Of a stretch of DNA of 42,932 nt, positions 18,031-26,941 are shown piece after piece. Position 1 is the first letter of the stretch; each line of letters opens with the position of its first letter. Source of the DNA: a virus (Duplodnaviria; Caudoviricetes); the IMG/VR virus record IMGVR_UViG_3300005573_000021, positions 1-42,932 of that record. The stretch is one strand, 5' to 3'. The notes under the pieces were generated by a model. That model was not told where the DNA came from and did no database searches. It worked only from the letters and a program-made list of their open reading frames with translations. Made by a program: the position numbers and the translations under genes.

Positions 18031-19526
18031 ACTGATCTCTCCGTGCCCGCACTTGCCGCGCCCCAGAATGGTTGAGGTAATGGATTCATAAATGCCAGCG
18101 CAACAGCATCTCCACAGTCTGTGGAGCGCCCTAGTCGTTTGTGAATATCTTCTTTGCTTTCCACTTGAACACCACGCACTGTTAGCGACCATTTAGGCGC
18201 GCATAGATCGCCCAACAATTCTGTATCTGGTGGCAATGCCACATCCAAGCCCGAAGCAGGGTCTAATACTTCGCGTAGTGTCCAATAGGCTTCCGCTCGT
18301 AAGTTAATGAAACCCAACCGCCCACTCTTGTCCACCGCTGTGGACTTCTCGGCAAAGTTAACGCCTCTCAATCCTGGTATATCATTTGCTGCGAGTGCAT
18401 CATATACAGCGGCACCCACACCAATCACATCGACATTTACACAAAGTGGTGATCGCAATTCAGTCATTATAAGCGCTGCTGTTGCTGGTCCGTTCGGTGT
18501 AGAATTACCAGGATGCTTTATAAGTTCTGCTATATAATGCCCGTATCGTTTTGCGATAACAGTCTTATCCTTGCCACCACGGGCGATGTCAGCACCTATA
18601 GCATCCTGTCTTGAGATTGTTGCTTGCGCTTTCCATCTACGCTGAGCTGCACGCACCCACTCAGTTGGAATTACCTGCCATGGATCATCTTCCGTGCCCG
18701 CCGTAAAATCACCATTTAACATCTGGCTTCGCAGAGGTTCAGGTAAAGCCTGCAAAGTAGCTTTATAATTGGTGTCTCGATAATATGGATTGTCATCAAC
18801 CTTGGCAGGGATAAACGTGCGCGACTTTGGCTTTATCCTCTCCCCCTTGTGTTCAATGACTTCACCGGATACCATTTCCGTTTCGATACCATCGATCATC
18901 GCAAACCAGCGTATCTCACCGGGTTTAGCTGGATTAGGATGATGCTCATCGAGCCAAGGAGCGTAACGCTTAATTATCCATTGACCTTCGGCGGAGGTTG
19001 GGGGATTGCCCACGAGGAGCACCAGAACATGCTGATTTGGATCTTCGGTTCGAGCCCAGCCGGCAATGAATGTTACCTGCTGCTCTAAAAACTCTGACGC
19101 CTCATCAAATACGATCAGATCATGTGGTCTGCCTTGATACTTGCGTCTATCGGATAATTCCTTGCATCCACCCAGTTCTATTACTTGTCCATTCGGCAGG
19201 TTTCTCCAAATACCGAGCACTTCATTGAAGCGTCCATTATCACCAATGATATCGCGCGAGCGTTCAATTATGCCACGCAACTGCGTGGATTCACGACGAA
19301 GTATAAGGCTTCGCTTATGTTTTGTGATTGATAACCCAAGAGCAAGATCGGTTTTACCTCCACCCGCCGAACCTCCATAAAATATCTCGTCAACCCCACC
19401 TGATTCATCAAGTGAGTATGCCCATTGCTGAGGCTTATTTTCCGGGTGAGGAGACCACAATTTAGAAGCTGATTCAAGCGTTAACAACATCAGCAGTTCG
19501 GCTTCTTCTTTGTCTGTTAGAGTCAT
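18027..19526 (-). CDS. terL: Terminase large subunit
   Basis: Walker A GGSAGGGKT, Walker B LIVFDEA, GNP motif, nuclease motifs GADIARGGKD and STDCGDA. Confidence 0.95.
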   Translation of the reverse strand: MTLTDKEEAELLMLLTLESASKLWSPHPENKPQQWAYSLDESGGVDEIFYGGSAGGGKTDLALGLSITKHKRSLILRRESTQLRGIIERSRDIIGDNGRFNEVLGIWRNLPNGQVIELGGCKELSDRRKYQGRPHDLIVFDEASEFLEQQVTFIAGWARTEDPNQHVLVLLVGNPPTSAEGQWIIKRYAPWLDEHHPNPAKPGEIRWFAMIDGIETEMVSGEVIEHKGERIKPKSRTFIPAKVDDNPYYRDTNYKATLQALPEPLRSQMLNGDFTAGTEDDPWQVIPTEWVRAAQRRWKAQATISRQDAIGADIARGGKDKTVIAKRYGHYIAELIKHPGNSTPNGPATAALIMTELRSPLCVNVDVIGVGAAVYDALAANDIPGLRGVNFAEKSTAVDKSGRLGFINLRAEAYWTLREVLDPASGLDVALPPDTELLGDLCAPKWSLTVRGVQVESKEDIHKRLGRSTDCGDAVALAFMNPLPQPFWGAASAGTERSV

Positions 19527-19527
19527 A

Positions 19528-20517
19528 TCAGTATTGAGTCATATTGACCATGCCGGCAAGCAACGTGCGCACACCGCGAGTATCACCTGTGGCAATAAGT
19601 CTATATGGGTAACTACCTTCAGATAGCGAAGCTGTCTGTTCTGCAGACAGCTCAACCGTTATAATGCAAACATCACTATTTACTGTCGTGCTTGCTGTTG
19701 CAACGATATCAGCAAACTGCATAGTTACAATGTCATCATCAGCGATATCATCAGAAGATATTGTCGTTATAATCGAGCGCCTTGCAGCATCGAGATAATC
19801 ATCACCACTGACAAGATCAACCTGATCGCCTTCAAGTGTCGGTCGGGGGTAAACAATTTCTATTGTATGATTAATGCCAAGAGCCTCCACCGCCGCGGTT
19901 AACTCCTGCACGCTCGCGTCAGTTGCAATTCCGGTCAAATCCGGCGGTTGTATCGCCTCAATTGCGGCTGTGATCTCGGATAGATCGACATTAACCGGCG
20001 TCGGCTCGACCGTGACCTGAACGTCAGACGGCTTCGCAGCTGAGTTAGCAGCAGTAATCGCAGAACTGACCTTGGCATCGAGAAACTGCTGTATGGTTGA
20101 CACGATTGCGTCACTCAGCGCAGAAATGTGTGCGGTGGCATCTGCCGCATCGATGTGCGACGCCAACCCTGTATCTGTGCCGGGCACAGCGGATATATCA
20201 ATAGCACAGTAAGCACTCGCATTGCCGAATGTCAGCACTTCAATCTGCTCACCATACCACTCGATAGGGTCTGACTGATCGAGCAGCCGCACCACGATAG
20301 ACTTATTCTGAAGTGCCGTAGCACCGGGAGTGATAACGATGACCGTGCCGTTTTGAGTAAAAGCACAATTAACCCAGTTAACCCCTCCATCTACACTATA
20401 CTGCACATCACCGGCAACAAGCGCGATAGTTCCGAGGTAGCCCGTGCCCTGAGCCTGAATATCAGCAGTAAACGAATAATTGGCATCGCCCCATTTTGCG
20501 AGAGGTGCTGATCTCAT
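19528..20517 (-). CDS. Putative virion accessory protein with a C-terminal BppU/adaptor-like beta domain
   Basis: GDVQYSVDGG N-domain, coiled middle region, C-terminal LVSGDDY...VELSAEQTASL...YPYRL...RTLLAG. Confidence 0.5.
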   Translation of the reverse strand: MRSAPLAKWGDANYSFTADIQAQGTGYLGTIALVAGDVQYSVDGGVNWVNCAFTQNGTVIVITPGATALQNKSIVVRLLDQSDPIEWYGEQIEVLTFGNASAYCAIDISAVPGTDTGLASHIDAADATAHISALSDAIVSTIQQFLDAKVSSAITAANSAAKPSDVQVTVEPTPVNVDLSEITAAIEAIQPPDLTGIATDASVQELTAAVEALGINHTIEIVYPRPTLEGDQVDLVSGDDYLDAARRSIITTISSDDIADDDIVTMQFADIVATASTTVNSDVCIITVELSAEQTASLSEGSYPYRLIATGDTRGVRTLLAGMVNMTQY

Positions 20518-21601
20518 TTATCTACTCCCCACCGGCAAGCCCCAACCCCAGGTCGGAGTCGGATGCGCCGCACTGCCCAAATCCCACGGGCCAATGTCCA
20601 TCGTGCCGCTTCGCAGTCTGCCGAGTATGTCGTTTGTCGGAGTCGTGCCGGGAATGGTTGTACCCTGATCAAGAAGCCCTGCGGTTAGGATTGGCTGGAG
20701 AGCGCGGGTTAAGGCGTCAGGATTGAACAGCACTGACGCCGCTTGCTGAGCAGTTCCAGTGTCATAACCGCCACCGCGTTGAAGCGCCGGGCAATAACAT
20801 GCGGTAACGTCACCTACTGCTAGTAACGGTGGTGTATTGGTATCTCCATATGCTGCTGTATTGCAGGCAAATGCGTAACCTTTAGTGATTGATGAGTTAG
20901 TACCAGTACCACGGAAACCCTGGTTACCGAATGCAGCGAGACAATTTACTGATGTTGATTGATAGAAACAGATAGACCCCGATACCCAGGCAATTATTAG
21001 CAGTCGTAGCGAGGAATGCCGTTGATCCTAGCCCAATGCAATTGTATGCTATACAGGTATTAAATGCGGTTTGTCCGATAGACATACAGCGATAACATGT
21101 CGATGCACTTGTTCCATTCGCGCTTGAGGATATATAACAATCATAAATTGTTGTATCTGATGTTAGATGACCCTGCATACCAACATTATTTTTGCTACCA
21201 TCGATATACAGATATTTGATAGTCGTGCCTGTCTTTGTTCCGCAGGAGAGGACAATCCCGTCTGTAGGAATATTATTGGTATCTGTTCCAGTCAGGCGAA
21301 CTCTCCCTGGTCTATCCCGAATGATACTCCTACAAGTCGGGTCACCGATCAATGACAGGTTATTCTGGCTTACCGTGAACTTGGTCCCTGTCCCAGGATT
21401 CTCGCGATACGTCCCAGGACCGATGACGATGGTATCCCCAGCTGAAACAGCCGCGAACGCCTGCGCGATGGTCGCAAACGGATGCGATAGCGTGCCGTCG
21501 TGCGTCGCGTCATTCTGCTGCTGCGAGACATAGTAAGTCGCGCCCCAGCACGACGAACATAGCGCGAGGAGGATTGTGATTGTGATGAGTATGCGTTGCA
21601 T
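20518..21601 (-). pseudogene. Secreted right-handed beta-helix (DUF1565-like) protein split by a 1-nt frameshift
   Basis: Signal peptide plus ATYYVS...PFATIAQA...GDTIVIGPGTY. Removing one G from ATCGGGGTCT (20977-20980) opens one frame through to MDIGPWD and the stop at 20518, joining ORFs 20924..21601 and 20518..20733. Confidence 0.8.
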
Positions 21602-21613
21602 GCGTGCTCTCTC

Positions 21614-23587
21614 CTACGTTCTATCAATTCTCACGTTGTCAATCTGCACGACCTGACCCGTGGCAGTAGTAGCAATAGTAATCTGTGGTCGCTGTAGAGT
21701 CCCGCTGCACCACGTCGGAATGTAGAAACACCTCTCATAAGTTGTCCATGTCCCCGAGAGCGTAATGGTATCAATCGTATTAACCAGAAGCGTATCATTT
21801 TCGTTAATGTCGATCTTGCCTAGAGTGATCGCTCCAGACCCGCTAGCCAATTTAGCGTCGAAACGAATCCGACACCACGAGCCACCAGGAAAATCAATGT
21901 ATCTCTTTGCGGTCAATCTGCCTCCGGCATCATTCATTTCCAGGCATTTACCTGACCCGGCATCGGCGCGGATATACCAATTCGATCCACCGGTTGGAGC
22001 ATAGAAATACCAATCGTGATTCCACGCGCCGGTGAGCGGCGTTGCCCCTATTGCGGTTTCCCAGCTATCAAAATCCCCGAGCTTGGCATAAGCAGCCGCG
22101 GGTGTGGAATAATTGGGCAGAGCGGCAAATAACGCGCTAGGAGTAACGACCTGAAGTTTACCTGCCGTGCGTGCCTTTACCATCGCGTCGATAAGTAGTT
22201 TGAAATCAGCCGGAACGGTATAACCCACCTGCCCCGGATTAGCGTGGAAATAGAGCACAGTCTTGACGCCGGGTATCGCCCAATCGAGCACAGCCTGATC
22301 TGCGTGAGCACTCGTGGTTATGGTGGTATTGTCAGCGAGCTTTAAAGGCCAGGGAAGTCTCAATCTTGCATGCCGTGCCTGTCCCGGTCCAACAACCATA
22401 TTCGCGCAGGAATACTCATAAGTAGACCGAACACATCGCCCAGCGTCGCTGAGGAACTTGCTGACTGATCCCAGATACCAATCACCATAAGCGACACCAG
22501 CGCTGTATTTCCAACCTGTAGTCTGCCCTGCACTCGCCGAAATCCTTGTCACCGAATAAAACTTTTTCGTGGTCGCTTTCAGGACACTGTAATCCGGTTT
22601 GGATATATTATTGGCCAGATTAGCGAGGTCGGCTGCTGAAAATGTTATCGTGTCGCTGTCGGTATCGGATGCAGTGCTCTTACCGTAAACTATGAATGTA
22701 ACCGCCGCACCGCTCGCTGTCTGACCTGTTCGGTTGGTTACAAATACACTAACTGGGCATGCACAGTTAATATCAGTAGTCGAATTGGATTTGAGGGTGA
22801 GATCACCGCTTGCGGCTGCCTGCTCGACAGCCAAACGAGTTGTATCATTGACCCACGTGCCAGGTTGGACGAATCCGCGCACAATCAACCCGATTGACGA
22901 TGCTTGAGTGAGCGTGACATCCGATAGCGATTCCAAAGCCTCGCGTGAGGCTACAATTTCCTGCTCGACAGCATCGTGTGTGGTGGGCGGCGCGGCATGA
23001 TTCCAGCTATGAGATAAAAACTCGAACCCGTATGTATATGCGAGATCGCGCATCTGCGCTGCTGTAAGATGATCAGTTGTGCCAATAAAACTTACAGGAG
23101 CAGCTAAACCAAGAGGTATGCCGTTTGCTTTGCAATATGCAGCTGGAGTTGTGCCGGTACATCCGCCCGCATCTGCTGTGAATATATCCGATCCTAGATC
23201 ATCAACGATAATACAGAGCAATCCGCCCGGATACGGAGACGCCCACGGGTCGAGATCAGGACCCAAGTGTCTCCACGGTGTTCCATCGAAACGACCACGG
23301 TGGGTTACATCCTCCATGAATTCCACATCAACATAGGGATGCGGTATATAAGTGCGGTCGATGCCAGGCATGGCAACAATCAACACTCTATTGTCAGCAT
23401 CAGCAGCAGCAGCAGCAGCATCCACCGCAGCCTGGACGGTCGTATACTTCCCCACCGCGCTAACTATAAGCACTTTGCTATCATTCAGTATGGCTGTATC
23501 ATGCACTGCATTCAGGATTTCTTCAACACTGCGATCTTCGGTTTGAGCCCATATATTCATAATTTCCTGAGCACTCAAATTACCCAT
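21614..23587 (-). CDS. Polysaccharide deacetylase (CE4/NodB-like) with an inserted domain and C-terminal carbohydrate-binding-like jelly roll
   Basis: IIVDD, FEFLSHSWNH, EIVASREAL, FVQPG, VLYFH and LQVVTPS motifs; C-terminal GDFDSW...RFDAK...WTTYE...QIDNVRI. Confidence 0.78.
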   Translation of the reverse strand: MGNLSAQEIMNIWAQTEDRSVEEILNAVHDTAILNDSKVLIVSAVGKYTTVQAAVDAAAAAADADNRVLIVAMPGIDRTYIPHPYVDVEFMEDVTHRGRFDGTPWRHLGPDLDPWASPYPGGLLCIIVDDLGSDIFTADAGGCTGTTPAAYCKANGIPLGLAAPVSFIGTTDHLTAAQMRDLAYTYGFEFLSHSWNHAAPPTTHDAVEQEIVASREALESLSDVTLTQASSIGLIVRGFVQPGTWVNDTTRLAVEQAAASGDLTLKSNSTTDINCACPVSVFVTNRTGQTASGAAVTFIVYGKSTASDTDSDTITFSAADLANLANNISKPDYSVLKATTKKFYSVTRISASAGQTTGWKYSAGVAYGDWYLGSVSKFLSDAGRCVRSTYEYSCANMVVGPGQARHARLRLPWPLKLADNTTITTSAHADQAVLDWAIPGVKTVLYFHANPGQVGYTVPADFKLLIDAMVKARTAGKLQVVTPSALFAALPNYSTPAAAYAKLGDFDSWETAIGATPLTGAWNHDWYFYAPTGGSNWYIRADAGSGKCLEMNDAGGRLTAKRYIDFPGGSWCRIRFDAKLASGSGAITLGKIDINENDTLLVNTIDTITLSGTWTTYERCFYIPTWCSGTLQRPQITIATTATGQVVQIDNVRIDRT

Positions 23588-24134
23588 CGTTACCCTCGCT
23601 GTTCTCGCTGTTCTCGCTATCTTCTACATCATCACCAGACCCATGCGCCGCATCAGCACTGCCTGCATTGCGTTTAGCAATCAATTCGTCGATGCGCCTC
23701 TGCCGCTCTTCTGGAGTATAATTCGATATATCCTCAGTCACGAAAGGACCGCCATTCGCGCCCTGCCGGTCCTTCCATTCCTCGGGCTTTCTATTCTTCA
23801 GCCAGAATATGCACGCGGTTGTATCCGGTGCTTGCACCTTCTCTATTCGTTCAACAAGCTCCATCGTTTGAGTGTCTTCATTGAGTTTGTATTTGCGCTC
23901 GGTGTATTTGAAACCGACTGCACGCTTGAATACTGCGGCCTCAACCTTGGCATCTGGGATCAGCTTCCCTTCGATAATGGCTTTGGCGAACTCGGGATGC
24001 TCTTCCCTCCATACCCACAGCGTTGTGCGGCAGATACCCAGCGCTTTCGCAAGCTCGATATCGGTAAGCCCCTTTTCAGCGAGCTTTCGCGCTCGATCTA
24101 TATGTATTTTTGGATCGTATCTAATGCACGCCAT
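23580..24134 (-). CDS. terS: Terminase small subunit
   Basis: HTH (GLTDIELAKALGICRTTLWVW..HPEF), then KRAVG and PDTTACIFWLKNR motifs. Confidence 0.88.
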   Translation of the reverse strand: MACIRYDPKIHIDRARKLAEKGLTDIELAKALGICRTTLWVWREEHPEFAKAIIEGKLIPDAKVEAAVFKRAVGFKYTERKYKLNEDTQTMELVERIEKVQAPDTTACIFWLKNRKPEEWKDRQGANGGPFVTEDISNYTPEERQRRIDELIAKRNAGSADAAHGSGDDVEDSENSENSEGNDG

Positions 24135-24145
24135 GATAGATTCCT

Positions 24146-24183
24146 AAAAAGCGAGCACGGCTGCCGCAATAACAGCCGTGCTC
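24146..24183 (-). terminator. Intrinsic terminator in the late leader immediately upstream of terS
   Basis: 11-bp stem GAGCACGGCTG/CAGCCGTGCTC followed by GCTTTTT on the minus strand. Confidence 0.7.
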
Positions 24184-24254
24184 CAGCCACAACACTGAAA
24201 GGAGAGAAAGAGAGAGTGAAAATAATTCACTCCTATATATAAGCCCTGGAACGC

Positions 24255-24731
24255 TCAATTCGTACGAATCGTACGAACTTTACCATTAATCCGCAGTTCT
24301 AACTTATCCGCCAGATGCTCGCGCACGGCAGGCCAACCGAGTGCTTCAATCATAACAGTTAGCAACCCCTTGTGAGGCACATTGCCGACTTTGGTTAATG
24401 CGGATTCGAGCCTGTATTGAGCAGACGACTTCGGAATGTGATACAGAATACCGATCTCGGCAATGGTAAGTCCATTTAGATGAGCGTATAGTACGACTTC
24501 CTGCCAGTCTGTTAATCGAGCTTTTTTGATGATGTGCTTAATCTCTCGCCAGAGCAGTCGTTCGAGCGCAGAGCCATCGACTAAGATACTGACATATTCG
24601 CGAGGATCAGGTTGGAATGGATAAGCGGGTATATTTTCCCAAGCATCCACAGGCACATCATTGCCCCAAATGTCTACCCCTCGTGTTATTCGATCTTCAG
24701 CCAATCCTATTGCAACAGTGCGCCTTGCCAT
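24255..24731 (-). CDS. Sigma70 region-4-like HTH protein, probable late transcription regulator
   Basis: LTDWQEVV...GLTIAEIG...KSSAQYRLESALTKV; last early gene before terS. Confidence 0.7.
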   Translation of the reverse strand: MARRTVAIGLAEDRITRGVDIWGNDVPVDAWENIPAYPFQPDPREYVSILVDGSALERLLWREIKHIIKKARLTDWQEVVLYAHLNGLTIAEIGILYHIPKSSAQYRLESALTKVGNVPHKGLLTVMIEALGWPAVREHLADKLELRINGKVRTIRTN

Positions 24732-24814
24732 CGTCCTGCCCTCCCTGGTATACTGTGATTGATGAGTTTTATCTCAGGGGCGTTCGCGGAAGATAGCGGG
24801 CGTCTGTTTTTATT
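24725..24814 (+). ncRNA. Predicted antisense small-RNA unit (promoter plus terminator)
   Basis: TTGCCA-18-TATACT with extended TG; hairpin 24778-24805 pairs fully only on the plus strand (G-U pairs), then a T-tract. Confidence 0.55.
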
Positions 24815-24965
24815 TGTTTCTCACCTCGCAAGTATCAATCAGCACCACCGGCGTCGGGACCCATGCATGCAGTCTTGAGATATAGTGCAGGCAGTAGGCA
24901 TGACAGCATAGGTGCTTGCAGTTGTCAGGTTGCGTGCATCGGCGCACGCGGTTAAGCAGGGTCAT
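24810..24965 (-). CDS. Small Cys/His-rich hypothetical protein
   Basis: Start reassigned to ATG 24965 (MTLLNRV) after GGAGG; overlaps the upstream gene end. Confidence 0.45.
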   Translation of the reverse strand: MTLLNRVRRCTQPDNCKHLCCHAYCLHYISRLHAWVPTPVVLIDTCEVRNK

Positions 24966-25584
24966 TGGGAGCCTCCGCGAGTTCGGCTTCGGCGGCTTCG
25001 CAAACAATTACCAACGCCGCATTTTTAGCTCCAGTTGATATAGCTTCCAGGATTTTACGATCTGGATAAGAGGGCACCATCGATGCTATGCGTGAACATT
25101 GAACATTTATATCGTTCAGCCATTTCACCAAATGTTGCATCATTTCTTCCGCCACCTCAGCCCTGCGCTTGAGTTCATCGCGCTCGCGGGTTAAACCGAC
25201 TATCTTTTCGATGTATCCCATTTTAGAGTGCAGATAACCCGACAAGAATCCGAATCGTGTCCGTAGGCAGATATAGCCGTTTATGCGATGACGTTTACCG
25301 CCCTCGTCTATCAACGGCTGTGCGCACTCTGGGCATACAGCATCTATATCTCCGCCATAACACTGATGGAGAATGCCAAATAACGACAGTTTGCGCTTTG
25401 GTGGATCTAAAAGCGCCCTCAAATTGTCGCGTTCTGCGGTTACTGCGGCGAGCTGGGCGCGCAGGCATTCTGCACCATCGGGTTGATGATGCAAATATCC
25501 CTGACCAGTCTGCGAGATGTCGATAGGTATGTCATTTCTGAATATAATCATTGGATGGTTGCATTTCGGGCATGTCTCACTCAT
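24952..25584 (-). CDS. Hypothetical protein with two CxxC...H...C modules and coiled coils
   Basis: CPKC..HH..C and CPEC..H..C, each followed by an ERD coiled coil; ATGA coupling. Confidence 0.65.
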   Translation of the reverse strand: MSETCPKCNHPMIIFRNDIPIDISQTGQGYLHHQPDGAECLRAQLAAVTAERDNLRALLDPPKRKLSLFGILHQCYGGDIDAVCPECAQPLIDEGGKRHRINGYICLRTRFGFLSGYLHSKMGYIEKIVGLTRERDELKRRAEVAEEMMQHLVKWLNDINVQCSRIASMVPSYPDRKILEAISTGAKNAALVIVCEAAEAELAEAPNDPA

Positions 25585-25919
25585 CTGTTTTCCTCCGTCT
25601 TGTATCCCGCCTCTTTCAGCGCAGCTTCCAACTGCTCAAACTCAACGTCGTCTTTGCCGTCGTAGGTTTCACTGTTAAGTGAAATCCACATTGCGTAAGC
25701 TGCTTCAGCGACAGCGTTTGACTCCAGCCGCTTCAGGAATGCTTCGAGGTCGGGTATGCCGAGGGCGCGGGCGAATGATTGCGAACATGAGCCGCCGTCT
25801 AAGCAGTAGGCGATATTTGCCGGACATAACTCGCACGCTCTCGGGTTGTCAGCCTTATTCACAAATGCACTCCATGCCCGTATCATCTTCGCCGCCCTTT
25901 GTCCGTCTGTTAACTTCAT
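25581..25919 (-). CDS. Hypothetical protein
   Basis: 112 aa, CELCP motif, GGGGAG RBS, operon continuity. Confidence 0.65.
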   Translation of the reverse strand: MKLTDGQRAAKMIRAWSAFVNKADNPRACELCPANIAYCLDGGSCSQSFARALGIPDLEAFLKRLESNAVAEAAYAMWISLNSETYDGKDDVEFEQLEAALKEAGYKTEENR

Positions 25920-25921
25920 AT

Positions 25922-26290
25922 CTACTCCCCTTTCTCAATTTTGAAAAACCCCAGCTTACCTGTGTAGGGTATCGGGTTGTCGTAGGGCTTCGGATCAGCA
26001 AGAGTGAAGCAGTATCCCGGTTCTGCCCATTCGCTATCGACATCACGACCATGGTGGTTGTTGACACAACCGGTTATAGTGACCTCGCCGACCAATGCGC
26101 CTGTTGGTAGGTTAATTGGCACGTCATAGCCTTTTGCACGCAGAAGTTGAACAGCCAGCTTATCAATACTCTTGCCCGCGTGAATGACTATCCGGCCTCT
26201 GAAACTCTGAAACCATGTCCGGTTCTCAATGTTCTTTCCAGCATGCAATATCGCCCATGCCCACGGTTGACGTATGCTTAGCGCTTTCAC
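25922..26290 (-). CDS. ASCH domain protein
   Basis: KALSIRQPWAWAI..GKNIENRTW...RGRIVIHAG...GKLGFF signature. Confidence 0.92.
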   Translation of the reverse strand: MKALSIRQPWAWAILHAGKNIENRTWFQSFRGRIVIHAGKSIDKLAVQLLRAKGYDVPINLPTGALVGEVTITGCVNNHHGRDVDSEWAEPGYCFTLADPKPYDNPIPYTGKLGFFKIEKGE

Positions 26291-26337
26291 CTGTCTACTC
26301 CCCTTTCAGTGTCCGTATTGTTCGATGCTCAAAGCTT

Positions 26338-26937
26338 CTAAATACTGCGCAGCAGCGCAGTTAACTCGTTATCTCTTCGTGAGTTGAAGTCGTCATTTTG
26401 ACGAAACCACTTACGAAACTCAGTATCGAAATCATCTTGATCTTCAAAGCCCGGCTGCGTAGCATCGTAGACGATATGAAATCCAGTTACACTACTACAT
26501 AGCTGCGCACCGAGACATCGAAAGCCATGCAAAGGACCGAATAGTGAACTATCAGCAAGCGCAGCACTGCGTAACAGTTGTGTCCACAATGCGGAGTCGT
26601 ATAAAATATCGGGTCTAGGGTCTAATATCCCGCGAATTACGTCAGAAGCCCGTTGTTGGTCAAGCTGAGCCTGTTGCTGCGCATTCTGTTCTGCATCGCG
26701 CTGCGCAAGCAGTTCTGCAAGTATTTGCTCGCGTTTATCTCGTATGAGGGCACATAGTTTTGGCTGGCTGCGTAACTTCGCAGAAGGTTCGACTGTAAAA
26801 CGCGTGCCATCATGTGATAAAATCACTTTGTATCCTCGCTGCGATAGCGATTGCAAGCACGACATAGATGGGCGTGTAGGCGGATTATCAGGTCCACAGG
26901 ATAATGAAAGATCAAGTAAAGGGTTTGTTGTAACCAT
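26338..26937 (-). CDS. Hypothetical protein downstream of the primase
   Basis: Start reassigned to ATG 26937 (MVTTNPL) after GAGGTG; operon continuity. Confidence 0.6.
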   Translation of the reverse strand: MVTTNPLLDLSLSCGPDNPPTRPSMSCLQSLSQRGYKVILSHDGTRFTVEPSAKLRSQPKLCALIRDKREQILAELLAQRDAEQNAQQQAQLDQQRASDVIRGILDPRPDILYDSALWTQLLRSAALADSSLFGPLHGFRCLGAQLCSSVTGFHIVYDATQPGFEDQDDFDTEFRKWFRQNDDFNSRRDNELTALLRSI

Positions 26938-26941
26938 AGTG

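Noticed and set aside
18031-18192. Extended portal N-terminus in the ORF track (likewise the extended starts at 1324, 4902, 11773, 12231, 29608 and 38313)
   Set aside because: They overlap upstream genes or regulatory DNA; downstream starts fit RBS or stop-start coupling better
23396-23420. (CAG)n run encoding poly-Ala as a phase-variation tract
   Set aside because: Triplet unit keeps the frame and the run is short; explained by an Ala-rich helix
23596-23622. 9-bp tandem repeat in the terS 3' end
   Set aside because: Encodes the low-complexity acidic tail SENSENSE; no evidence of a DNA-level role
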